The translations under genes were made by a program, and so were the position numbers. A stretch of 64,000 bases of DNA from an uncultured Bacillales bacterium (GTDB taxonomy: Bacteria; Bacillota_I; Bacilli_A; RF39; UBA660), in contig CALYOH010000002.1 in NCBI GenBank assembly GCA_945228905.1, positions 3,706 to 67,705 of the forward strand, given 5' to 3'. Position 1 is the first letter of the stretch, and every line of letters begins with the position of its first letter. Below the pieces are notes generated by a model. That model saw nothing but the letters and a program-made list of their open reading frames with translations, was not told where the DNA came from and made no database searches. This document shows, piece after piece, positions 45,482 through 55,400 of the stretch.

Positions 45482-47593
45482 TTAACACTCTACCTTCTTA
45501 ATAACTTGAAAATCAATAGTCTTTTCTTCTTTAGAAGCTCTTAATACTTTTACTTCTACTCTGTCACCTATTGAATATTTTACATGATTTTTCTCACCAG
45601 TCAAGGTCATTCTCTCTTCATCAAAATGATAGAAATCATCCATATCTCTAAAAGCAACTAAACCTTCTATTAAATTATCTAATTCAACGAACATACCAAA
45701 ACTTGTTACTGAAGAAATCATACCAATAAAATGTTCTCCTATATGTTTTTCCATATATTCAGCCATCTTCATATCTTCAACTTCTCTTTCACAGTCAACT
45801 GATGCTCTTTCTCTTTCAGAAGAATGTTCTGCAACATATACAAGTTTCTCTTCCCATTTTCTTATTGTTTGCATATCAATTCTTCCATCAAATAAATATG
45901 TTCTAAGTAATCTATGTACTGTTGTATCAGGATATCTTCTAATTGGAGAAGTAAAATGTGTATAACAAGAACTTGCTAAACCATAATGTCCTAAGTTTTC
46001 AGGTTTATATACAGCCTTCTGCATACTTCTAAGTAATAAACTAGATAAAATCTTATATTCTGGTTTATCCTCTAATTGGGCAAGTATCTTTTGCATAGTA
46101 GTAGGTTTTACATCTTTAATATTACCATTAACTTGATATCCTAAACTACTAACAAATCCTAAGAAACTTCTAATTCTCTCCTCTTTTGGATATTCATGAA
46201 TACGATAAATAAATGGTAAATTCATAAAATATATATGAGATGCTACACATTCATTAGCAGCAATCATAAAGTCCTCTATTAAGTTTTCACCTAAACCTCT
46301 ATCTCTTAAAACAATCTCAGTAGGAACACAATTCTCATCAACTAAGATTTTAGCTTCATCTACACCAAAATCAATATAACCTCTTTGTACTTTTGCTTTT
46401 CTAAGTATTTGAGCTAATTCTTCCATTAATCTTAATGTATCAGCATATTCTTCATATCCTTCAGGAACAATATTCTTCTCTAAAATACTATTTACCTTCT
46501 TATAAGTCATTTGTATTCTAGATTTTATAATACTTGGAAATATCTCATAATTTAATTGTTTACCATTACCATCAAATTCCATAACACATGATATTGCTAA
46601 TCTATCTACGTTAGGATTTAATGAACAAATACCATTAGATAACTCATGTGGAAGCATAGGTATAACTCTATCTACTAAATAAACACTTGTTCCTCTATCC
46701 ATAGCTTCATTATCAAGAGGACTTCCTTCTTTTACATAATAACTAACATCAGCAATATGTACACCTAACTCATAATGACCATTATGTAATCTCTTTACTG
46801 AAATAGCATCATCTATATCTTTAGTATCATCTCCATCAATAGTAAAAATCATTTCTTCTCTTAAATCTCTTCTACCTTTTAAATCCTTTTCAAGTACTTC
46901 CATAGGTATTTCAGAAACTTCTCTTTTTACATCTTCAGGAAAATCAACATTAATATTATATTTATAAACTATAGATAAAATATCAACTCCAGGATCATTA
47001 ATATGACCTATAATTTCAACAACTTCTCCCTCATATTTATCATCCTTAATTTTCTTTCCTAACTCAACGACTACTTTATGTCCATCTACGGCATTTAAAC
47101 TCTTATCTTTAGGAATCTCTATATCTAATTTAATCTTTGAATCATCTAAAGTAATATGTCCAACTTCATTCTTATCAAATTTAATTAAACCAATATATCT
47201 TTTAATTCTTCTTTCTAATATTTTAAGAACTCTTCCTTCTAATTTATCAAGATTCATCTTACTAGTAATTTCTACAAGTACTACATCATCATGAATAGCA
47301 CCATTCATATTATCTTGATCAATATATATATCATCTTCTAAGTTATCAACTTCTACAAAGCCAAAACCTTTTTTATTAGCTCTCATGATCCCTTTTCTTA
47401 GATGACTCTTATCAAGCATCATATATTTATTTTTATTAGAACGATATATTAAAGCTTCATCTTCTAATTTTCTTAATTCATCAGTTAATTCTTTAGTCTC
47501 TTCAACAGTCTTAATCTCTAAAGCATCTTGTATTTCATAAATATCTATAGCTTTATCAGAATTATTTAATAAGTTAATAATATTATCTCTCAT
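45482..47593 (-). CDS. rnr: Ribonuclease R
   Basis: TIDGDDTKDIDDAI and HFTSPIRRYPD RNB motifs, and a C-terminal S1 domain. Lies in the conserved secG-rnr-smpB-ssrA context. Start set at ATG 47593 (GAGGGTGA-N6). Confidence 0.9.
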   Translation of the reverse strand: MRDNIINLLNNSDKAIDIYEIQDALEIKTVEETKELTDELRKLEDEALIYRSNKNKYMMLDKSHLRKGIMRANKKGFGFVEVDNLEDDIYIDQDNMNGAIHDDVVLVEITSKMNLDKLEGRVLKILERRIKRYIGLIKFDKNEVGHITLDDSKIKLDIEIPKDKSLNAVDGHKVVVELGKKIKDDKYEGEVVEIIGHINDPGVDILSIVYKYNINVDFPEDVKREVSEIPMEVLEKDLKGRRDLREEMIFTIDGDDTKDIDDAISVKRLHNGHYELGVHIADVSYYVKEGSPLDNEAMDRGTSVYLVDRVIPMLPHELSNGICSLNPNVDRLAISCVMEFDGNGKQLNYEIFPSIIKSRIQMTYKKVNSILEKNIVPEGYEEYADTLRLMEELAQILRKAKVQRGYIDFGVDEAKILVDENCVPTEIVLRDRGLGENLIEDFMIAANECVASHIYFMNLPFIYRIHEYPKEERIRSFLGFVSSLGYQVNGNIKDVKPTTMQKILAQLEDKPEYKILSSLLLRSMQKAVYKPENLGHYGLASSCYTHFTSPIRRYPDTTVHRLLRTYLFDGRIDMQTIRKWEEKLVYVAEHSSERERASVDCEREVEDMKMAEYMEKHIGEHFIGMISSVTSFGMFVELDNLIEGLVAFRDMDDFYHFDEERMTLTGEKNHVKYSIGDRVEVKVLRASKEEKTIDFQVIKKVEC

Positions 47594-47673
47594 TAGTATC
47601 ACCCTCTATCTTAAATTATACATTAAAAACAAAGATATAACTAGTCTTTTACAAAATAAAAAGGACCCAAGTC

Positions 47674-47889
47674 CTAAATAAACATAGATATTAAACATAT
47701 TAAGAAGAATGCACAACCTAAAACAGCTGTAATTCTTGTAATAACAAGTTCTGATCCTCTTTCTTTTCTATTAGCAAAAAGCTCACTAGAACCACCTGAA
47801 ATAATTTGAGGTCCATTATCAGCTTTACTACTTTGTAATAAAACAATTATAATTAATAGAATTGAAATGATTAATAAAGCTATTTCCAT
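47674..47889 (-). CDS. secG: Preprotein translocase subunit SecG
   Basis: 71 aa from the internal ATG after GGAGGG. Two TM helices with LLQSSKADNG between them. Confidence 0.75.
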   Translation of the reverse strand: MEIALLIISILLIIIVLLQSSKADNGPQIISGGSSELFANRKERGSELVITRITAVLGCAFFLICLISMFI

Positions 47890-47950
47890 ATAATTAATCC
47901 CTCCATTTACAACACAAATATAATAACATATAAATAATATTTTTACAAGC

Positions 47951-47980
47951 AAAATAAAAAGTACATAAAAATGTACTTTT
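47951..47980 (-). terminator. Terminator ending the six-gene WXG-like array
   Basis: On the minus strand AAAAGTACA-ttttta-TGTACTTTT is followed by a T-rich run, immediately after the stop of the 47991 ORF. Confidence 0.55.
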
Positions 47981-47990
47981 ATTTAAATTA

Positions 47991-48299
47991 CTATTTAACC
48001 AGCCTATCTCTTTGTTCAATAACACTGGTATCTACAGTTTCATTAGCAGCTGAGATATTCTCTTTAACTGCATTAACTAAATTGTCTGTATTAACGGCTT
48101 TTCCATATACATTTGAGAGTTCACTTCTAAATTCACCAATCTTACCTGAAAGTCCTTTTAAGTAATTTAAATATTCAAAATTACTTGGAACAGTCATTGC
48201 ACAATACTCTTGTGCACTAGATAAATGTGATAATGAATCCTCAACCATAGGTTTAATTTTAGATGAAATACCATCATTAGGATAAATTAATTTACTCAT
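47991..48299 (-). CDS. Small alpha-helical T7SS-associated protein (no W-x-G)
   Basis: 102 aa with helical heptad-like composition. 1-nt overlap with the upstream WXG-like gene. Family not recognised. Confidence 0.5.
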   Translation of the reverse strand: MSKLIYPNDGISSKIKPMVEDSLSHLSSAQEYCAMTVPSNFEYLNYLKGLSGKIGEFRSELSNVYGKAVNTDNLVNAVKENISAANETVDTSVIEQRDRLVK

Positions 48300-48583
48300 T
48301 ATTCTTCTCCTTGCTTAGCTTTTGTTACAGTAGTATCTATCATATTAGCACTCTCTGTAATTGCTTTAGAAAAGGACTTAATTCCATCACCAACATTCAT
48401 TAGCTCATTCTTATCAAGTAAAACCATATTTACATAGTCTTTTGCTCTTCCACCTGTCCATTCTTTAGTATCAGGTAAATTAACAAACTTATTAAACAAT
48501 TCGGTAATCTTTCCTTGATATTCTGCTGCTAATGAGTTGATAGCTGCCGCGTGATTACGCATTTCTTCAGTATTTATCTTCAT
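48299..48583 (-). CDS. WXG100-like protein
   Basis: 94 aa with a central KEWTGGRAKDY (W-x-G). No gap to the upstream gene. Confidence 0.65.
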   Translation of the reverse strand: MKINTEEMRNHAAAINSLAAEYQGKITELFNKFVNLPDTKEWTGGRAKDYVNMVLLDKNELMNVGDGIKSFSKAITESANMIDTTVTKAKQGEE

Positions 48584-48892
48584 CTAATCAGCCCCTATCT
48601 CAGCTATTTTATTATGGCATTTAATAATAGCTCTATCCACAGCTGGAATAACCGTATTTTTTATAAAATTAGCAGTTGTAGTTATATCTTCTCTAACATT
48701 CTTTACATTTGTACATAGTGTACTATCATTATCATCTAATGAATAACATTCATTCAATGTTCCAGAAAAGTCATCTAAACTACCTTTAGATAAAGTTAAT
48801 TCACTTACAATACTAGAAAGATTAGCTTTAACAGCATTATATCTAGAAATAGCATTTCTATATGAATTAATAGCTTCCTCTTTTGTAGCCAT
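48584..48892 (-). CDS. Small alpha-helical T7SS-associated protein (no W-x-G)
   Basis: 102 aa with a predicted helix-loop-helix. Located in the WXG array. Confidence 0.5.
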   Translation of the reverse strand: MATKEEAINSYRNAISRYNAVKANLSSIVSELTLSKGSLDDFSGTLNECYSLDDNDSTLCTNVKNVREDITTTANFIKNTVIPAVDRAIIKCHNKIAEIGAD

Positions 48893-48915
48893 AACTACAC
48901 CACCCTTTTATTATA

Positions 48916-49377
48916 TTATCCGATTTCAACTTTAGAAGCTGCTGATGCAACATCTTCAGCATCACTTGAAACAGCTTCAGATAATGAAGTATCTCCTGAT
49001 TGATATTTTTCATAAGCATCATCAAGTTCAGTATTCCATTTTTCAACTAATTTAACATATGCATCTAATAATGATTTAGTAGATGTAATGAATTCAGTCA
49101 TAGCTGTACCAGCTTGTCCTTTGAATGTTTGCTCTAAATCAGCTGAAGTATCATATGTATCAACGATTTCTTGAACGTTAGAAGCATATGTATTGATTGC
49201 AGATTTTAAAGCCTCAAAGTTACTAACTCCTGCAAATCCTCCATCCCAGATGTTTGCAACGAAAGATCCGATATTGTTAGCCAATCCACTAACAGCTCCC
49301 CATGCAGCATCTAAGAATGAACTAATTCTTTGTCCTACTGTTGACTTAACGTCACCAATTATACTTTGAATTCCCAT
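48916..49377 (-). CDS. Extended WXG100-like protein with Gly/Ala/Ser-rich N-terminal extension
   Basis: 153 aa. The N-terminal 50 aa contain AAWGAVSGLANNIGSFVANIWDGGFAG, followed by a helical hairpin with FKGQAGTAM at the turn. Confidence 0.5.
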   Translation of the reverse strand: MGIQSIIGDVKSTVGQRISSFLDAAWGAVSGLANNIGSFVANIWDGGFAGVSNFEALKSAINTYASNVQEIVDTYDTSADLEQTFKGQAGTAMTEFITSTKSLLDAYVKLVEKWNTELDDAYEKYQSGDTSLSEAVSSDAEDVASAASKVEIG

Positions 49378-49389
49378 TAATTTCTCCTC

Positions 49390-49701
49390 CTATCTCTTTT
49401 CAATTAAATCTTGATCGATTTCAGCTAGTCCTGCAAGAACCTTTTGGAACTCAGCAACAAGTCCTTCATATGCTGCATCTAATCCTTTACAAATTTCATC
49501 AACATCATGCTCCATATTAGACATAAAGTTATTAGCAGATTGTCCAACCCAACATGCATGAACTTCGTCTCTTAAAGTAGCAAGATTATTACGTAGTGCA
49601 TTTTTTGCAGTTACAACACAATCGTTATGAACGTGGTTTAATGTTGAAACCATATTACTTTGATCGTATCCAATTGTAGCACCTTCGATACCTAAAGCCA
49701 T
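49390..49701 (-). CDS. WXG100-family (EsxA-like) protein
   Basis: 103 aa with a central ACWVGQSANNF (W-x-G). Confidence 0.75.
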   Translation of the reverse strand: MALGIEGATIGYDQSNMVSTLNHVHNDCVVTAKNALRNNLATLRDEVHACWVGQSANNFMSNMEHDVDEICKGLDAAYEGLVAEFQKVLAGLAEIDQDLIEKR

Positions 49702-49712
49702 TAAATCACCTC

Positions 49713-50096
49713 CTACATATTTTCAATTTTACTGGCTTTATCTTTTGTATCCTCAGTAATAGAATCAATTAAGAACGCAATAGTTCTATCACCTGTTCTA
49801 ACCTTATTAATAACTGCAATAAGGTCATCTGAATATGAAACAATATTATCTTTTACAATAGAATAATTCTTTTTAAAATCTCTATATTTTGTCATAAGAG
49901 CAGAATACTCATCAGACTCATAACAATTCTTTAGAGAATCCATTTTAGCATCAATCTTTGAAAAAATATCAGTAACATCTTCAGATATAGTGAGAATATC
50001 CATAGCTAAAGTAGATAAATCTTCTTCGTTAATAGCTAACTCAACATCTTCATCAGCAACTAATCCGATACTTTCTTGCATATTAATATCCTCCAT
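49713..50096 (-). CDS. Acidic WXG100-sized helical protein lacking W-x-G (first gene of the array)
   Basis: 127 aa with the turn region NCYESDEYSAL in place of W-x-G. SD GGATGGAGGA upstream. Confidence 0.5.
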   Translation of the reverse strand: MEDINMQESIGLVADEDVELAINEEDLSTLAMDILTISEDVTDIFSKIDAKMDSLKNCYESDEYSALMTKYRDFKKNYSIVKDNIVSYSDDLIAVINKVRTGDRTIAFLIDSITEDTKDKASKIENM

Positions 50097-50251
50097 CCTA
50101 AGAATACTATAGTAAGTAACTTATCCTTACTAATTTAATAATACAACACTTTTTTTATTTTAATCAAGTAAAACGACCATTCTTTACACTTAACAAGTAA
50201 AAAATTAAAAAAAGGACCTATTATTATGCTATTATAATAATAGGTGATTAT

Positions 50252-51664
50252 ATGATTGAATACACAGTAATAGGAAATTTTAAATATAGGGGACAAGAAT
50301 ATCAAGTAATGATTGATGATGAAAAAAGATATTACTTTTTAAAAATCCATCCAGATGGTTCAGAAAGTTATATAGATATACATGAATATATAAGATTAAT
50401 AAATGAATTTAAGTATAAAGAAGAACCACTATTAATTGAAGATAATAGAAAGAAGAAAAAAAGAAAACTAACACCAAAAATCATAATAGCAGGTATAATA
50501 TTAACTTTATCCCTTTCGTTTGTATCTATAATGAACTCTATGGCTCCTACAATGGACCTTCATAGTCATACAAGTGACTATTCTAATACTTCTTCGTACA
50601 CAGTACAAATAGAAGAACAAGATAATGATAAAGCTCAAAAAGCCATAGATGAACTATATAGATATATAGAACAAGAAAACCAAAACTTTAAAGTAGATAC
50701 AAGAGTAGATGGTTGGAACTTAATAAAAATATATGATAATAGTGAATTAGATGATGTATTGGGCTATTCAAGAGAAGAAATTACATATAATGATATTATT
50801 AATGATATAAATAATAATCCTCATATGTCACAAAAATTCAAAAATTTATATATCAAATTAGCAAACAATCTAAGAGAACAATATCCAAATATGGATTTAA
50901 GAATATGGCATTATAATCTACAAACATTAAAAATAGTAGAATTATCAGAAATGGATATGCAATTAAAAGCAATGAGTGGAACTGCATGTGCCGTATATAG
51001 ACAAGATGAAAATACTATTTATACAGTAGAAGGATATGATTATGTTCAAGGTACTTGGGATTATCAAGTAATAATGCATGAAATGGGTCATCCAATTAGA
51101 AGTTTAGTAACACATATTGGTGAAAATCAAGTAAAAGCAAGATTCCAATCTTATTCTGGACATGGAACAGTTATAGGAGAAGCATTAAATTCCCTACTTA
51201 CACTAAGATCATATGATCCAAATGAAAAAGATGTAGCATATCAATTCCAAAGTAATATGGTTGAATTAATGGTTAATGAAATGGATAACTACACATATCA
51301 AGACTTTGTTGAACATAATCTAACTTATTTTGAGCAACAATTAAATGAATACAACGGAAATAATGATGCAGTAGAAATCATAGGACTAATTGAATTACAA
51401 TATAATGATTATCATAACAAAGACTTTGAAATAGATGAAGCACAATTCCATAAAGTATATGATTATATAGCAAATATGTATTATGGAAATCATCTAAATC
51501 CAAATATGTCTGCTGAAGAAGCTATTAAAGTTAGAGATACATTTATAGATAAATTAACATTTGATGTCCCAGAAGAATACAAAGTAAGTATAGAACATTT
51601 AAATGAATACTTTGAAACATACTGTAACTCAATAGGATTACAACTAAATGGATACTCAAGATAA
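50252..51664 (+). CDS. Single-pass membrane protein with extracytoplasmic HExxH (putative zinc metallopeptidase) domain
   Basis: A cytoplasmic N-domain of about 75 aa, RKKKKRKLTPK, then the TM helix IIIAGIILTLSLSFVSIM, which predicts N-in/C-out by the positive-inside rule. VIMHEMGHP with Glu candidates downstream (IGEN, VIGEALNS). Confidence 0.55.
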   Translation: MIEYTVIGNFKYRGQEYQVMIDDEKRYYFLKIHPDGSESYIDIHEYIRLINEFKYKEEPLLIEDNRKKKKRKLTPKIIIAGIILTLSLSFVSIMNSMAPTMDLHSHTSDYSNTSSYTVQIEEQDNDKAQKAIDELYRYIEQENQNFKVDTRVDGWNLIKIYDNSELDDVLGYSREEITYNDIINDINNNPHMSQKFKNLYIKLANNLREQYPNMDLRIWHYNLQTLKIVELSEMDMQLKAMSGTACAVYRQDENTIYTVEGYDYVQGTWDYQVIMHEMGHPIRSLVTHIGENQVKARFQSYSGHGTVIGEALNSLLTLRSYDPNEKDVAYQFQSNMVELMVNEMDNYTYQDFVEHNLTYFEQQLNEYNGNNDAVEIIGLIELQYNDYHNKDFEIDEAQFHKVYDYIANMYYGNHLNPNMSAEEAIKVRDTFIDKLTFDVPEEYKVSIEHLNEYFETYCNSIGLQLNGYSR

Positions 51665-52175
51665 TTTAATTCTTAAAATAGCAACCATAGATGAATTAAA
51701 AGAAAAATGGGATTATGAAATAAAAAATCATAAAGGGAATATTCATTATCTTCAAGCAGCAAATGAAGCAATAAGAGAAACTAGACATGGTAATAGAATA
51801 ACATATATAGCTAAAATAAATAATCAAATAATAAGTGATATAACAGTAATAATAAAAGAAAAAGGTATTCTAAGTGAATCTAAATATACAGAAGATTTAA
51901 TATCAAATATAAGAGTATTCTTATGCGATATAAGAACTATAGAAGATTATCAAGGAAAAGGATACTTATCTAAACTATATAAATATGTAGAAAATGATTT
52001 AAAAGAAAAAGGATATAAAGAAATATCCCTATCATATGACACAAATAATATAAAAAATAAAATAATGTATACTAAATGGAATTATACTAATTTCATAAGA
52101 AGTGAAACAAGAACAAGTAATAATACAACATATACATATGATTATTATTATAAAAAAATAGACATTTTAAATTAA
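51648..52175 (+). CDS. GNAT-family N-acetyltransferase
   Basis: YQGKGYLSKLYKYVE (Q/RxxGxG/A acetyl-CoA motif). 175 aa. Overlaps the upstream gene by 17 nt. Confidence 0.65.
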   Translation: MDTQDNLILKIATIDELKEKWDYEIKNHKGNIHYLQAANEAIRETRHGNRITYIAKINNQIISDITVIIKEKGILSESKYTEDLISNIRVFLCDIRTIEDYQGKGYLSKLYKYVENDLKEKGYKEISLSYDTNNIKNKIMYTKWNYTNFIRSETRTSNNTTYTYDYYYKKIDILN

Positions 52176-52192
52176 ATGTCTATTTTATTTTT
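52152..52192. terminator. Bidirectional terminator between the GNAT gene and esaB
   Basis: ATAGACAT-tttaaattaa-ATGTCTAT is flanked by an A-run and a T-run. The loop contains the GNAT stop codon. Confidence 0.55.
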
Positions 52193-52445
52193 AGAAAAAA
52201 ACTAATTGAGATCCATTTCTTATATTTGTATCTCTAATTAATTTTTCATAAGGATAAACCTCAGAAGAAAATTTATTACATAAAGCAACAGTATCACTAA
52301 TAGGATATAACCCATTTGTATCTTCATTAATCATTTTATTAATTAATCTACATACATCTCCTATCGCTCTATTAATTGGTAAATATACTTCATAAGTTTT
52401 TTCTATCTCTGGAACAAGAATAGTAACTAATACTTTATATTCCAT
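52191..52445 (-). CDS. esaB: YukD/EsaB-like ubiquitin-fold T7SS protein
   Basis: 84 aa. The pattern YEVYLPINRAIGDVCRLI...IRNGSQLVFF matches the beta-grasp EsaB/YukD layout. TAATG overlap with the essC stop. Confidence 0.6.
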   Translation of the reverse strand: MEYKVLVTILVPEIEKTYEVYLPINRAIGDVCRLINKMINEDTNGLYPISDTVALCNKFSSEVYPYEKLIRDTNIRNGSQLVFF

Positions 52446-55400
52446 TAATCATCACCATCCATCATAGTCTTAATTAATGTATAAGTAGAATCCTTAATCA
52501 AGTAAGCCATACCAGCGTAATTGTACTTCTTATCTTCTTCAGATAAGTCATTTGTAACTAATACGGATTGAGATTCAATTCCAGGACCTAACCACATACC
52601 TTTAGTAGTATCCATTGTATTATACCAAGGTTGTAGTTTTAATAACTTAAACTTCTTATAATCATCTATTAAGAAGAATATATTTTGTTTACAATTAGCT
52701 ATTCCATTAAACATACTATCAGCAAATTCTTGACCAACTTTATCTAATTTACCTTTTATAGAACCAGCTCCAAGAATAATATTAATTGCTAAAGGTTGAG
52801 TATCAGTACGAGACTTAACATCTTTATCTATAGCAGCAAATATAACTCTTAAATCATCTTGGAATAATTTAATGTCAAGAATTGGTTTTTCAAATGCACC
52901 AAGAACATCGATTACTCTAACTACTGTGTTAGGAATCTTAGTTAATAAATTAGCAAGTGCATATATGAAAGGCATACTAGATTTCATATCTTTTGTAATA
53001 ATTGGATATAGTTTTGTTTCACTAATATCAAGTTTAGCAATATCTTTCTCATAGAAATTATATCCAATAGGTAAATCTTTAATAGTAGTAATATACTTAA
53101 CAAGATCTTCACTAGTAATATTATCAGGTATAGTAGCAATCTTCTTAGCTCTAGTAGTGTAATTATTATTAAGTACCTCTGCTACTTGCTTTAAATATGC
53201 TAATTCATTTTCAGGAGTAGTAATCTTAGCAGTTTGGAATTCAGCATAAGAATCATCATCATTAGTAACTTTACAAATTCCTCTTCCATATAAATTACTT
53301 GGAAGTAATCCCTTACGACAATTAGTTAAGTTTCTATATTGAGACTCATCTTGTAGATTTAATACTATTAATCTATTAAAGTATTGTAATACTCTTGGTC
53401 TAAATGTATTTTGAGCAGATGCAGTTAAGATAAATATAATTCCATATCTTGGAGCATCCCTGAATAAAGCATTTAAACTATCTACTACTTTAGCTAAGAC
53501 TTCTCCAAATACATCAAATGCATTAATAACTAAACATATTACTGGTAATACTTCACCACTATGAGTATTATAGTATTCTAAAGATCCATTGAAATCTTGG
53601 AATAATACTTTACGTTTATTTAATTCATCCATTACTAATTGAATAACTCCACCCACTCGTTCCATATCATCTTGGAAAACAACTTCTCCAACATGTGGGA
53701 ATTTAGCAAATTTACGTAATGTTTCAGCTCCAAAATCAAGAATATAATAATTTATCTCTTGAGGAGTATGTTCTGTCATACTAGAGAATAGTATTGAAGA
53801 AACCAACATTTCTTTTCCTGATCCAGGTTGTCCAACAATTGCAATATTACCATCAGCTATATTAACTGTAAGAATATCTTGTTTTTGTTCTCTTGGTTCA
53901 TCATATTCACCAATAACAGTAGTAAAATCTAACTTTTTAGGTTGGAAACCATATCTCTTCTTAACTTCTGTTAAATAAATATCTTCAGGAATGTTAGGCA
54001 ACCATAATTGTTGTTTAACAAACTTTTCTTCTTGAGAAATATTACTAATATATTTAACTATATTAAGTAACTCTTCTCCTTCACTCTCTTCATTCTTCTT
54101 CTCTTCAACATTATCAAAATAATTAATTATTTTACCAATATTATTAATATATTGAACAGATTGATCAACAGTATGCTTAACTATATCAGAAGGATAATAC
54201 TTAGCACCTGCCCATGCAGATTGACCTAAGTTATAATATTCATCATTACCTACTTCCAAATAGAAAGCTCCAGTTTGTTTTAAATAAGCTGCATCAGGCT
54301 TCTTTAATATTTCATTTGAATCAGACTTATCTTGAACTCTTAAACAAACTTTAAATCTTGAGTTTGACCAGATTTGATCATTAACAACTCCAGAAGGTTT
54401 TTGAGTTGCTAGAATCAAGTGAACTCCTAAAGAACGTCCGATACGTGATGTAGAAATTAACTGTTCCATAAATTCAGGTTGTTGTTGTTTTAACTCAGCA
54501 AACTCATCACAAATAATAAGTAAGTGACTTAGAGGTATATCAACAGCACCTTTTCTATAATATTGTTGATACTTATAGATATCCATTTGACCTTCTTTTA
54601 ATTTCTCACGTGCATCATTAAATATAGATTGACGTCTTTTTAATTCTGATTCAATAGATGCAATAGATCTATTAATAGCAGATTTATCAAGGTTTGTAAT
54701 TGTACCAGCAAGATGTGGAAGTTTAATACCTAACTCATGGTTCTCAAAACTCATGGCAAGACCTCCACCCTTATAGTCGATAAGTACAAATTGTACTTCA
54801 TCAGGACTAAAGTTAACAGCTAAAGATAAAATATAAGTAACAATCCATTCTGATTTACCCGAACCAGTAGTACCAGCTACTAATCCATGTGGACCATATA
54901 CTTTTTCATGTATATCCATCTTAAAAGCTTCACCATTTTGATCAATACCAATTGGTACACTTAATGAATTAACCGGATTATTAGATTTCCATCTTTCCAA
55001 ACTATTTAATTGTTCTACTCTACCAACATTAAACATTTCAAGGAATGATAATGATTTAGGTAACTCATATTTTCCTTTTTCTAGTAAAATAGGAGTATTT
55101 GCTAATATTAAAGCAACATTATACATATTAATTGGTGTAGTAAAATCAACTTGAAATTCATTCTTATCATCAAGTTTTAACTTATTAGTAAATAAACCAG
55201 ATTTCTCTTTATTAACACTAATAAAAGTATGGGTTTGATCAGGTAAAGTACTTAATCTATCATTTTCAATTAATAAAGTAAATCCAAGATTTCTCTTATA
55301 ATTTAATATCTTTTTAACTAATGAAGTACTTCTAATAGACTCAATACTATCAGTAAACAATATAAAGTATGGTTTATATTTCTTATAAGGTTCCTCAGTG

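Noticed and set aside
37072-47593. Two RNase R-like genes, as evidence of a recent duplication or a mobile segment.
   Set aside because: The sequences are clearly diverged, sharing only family motifs. One sits in the canonical secG-rnr-smpB-ssrA context and the other next to cdaA. These are ordinary RNB paralogs.
50207-50245. A minus-strand rho-independent terminator (12-bp hairpin followed by a T-run on the minus strand) upstream of the WXG array.
   Set aside because: There is no minus-strand gene immediately upstream to terminate. The essC-esaB transcript already meets a terminator at 52152-52192. The hairpin overlaps the SD of the plus-strand 50252 gene and is treated as a possible translational element in the findings.
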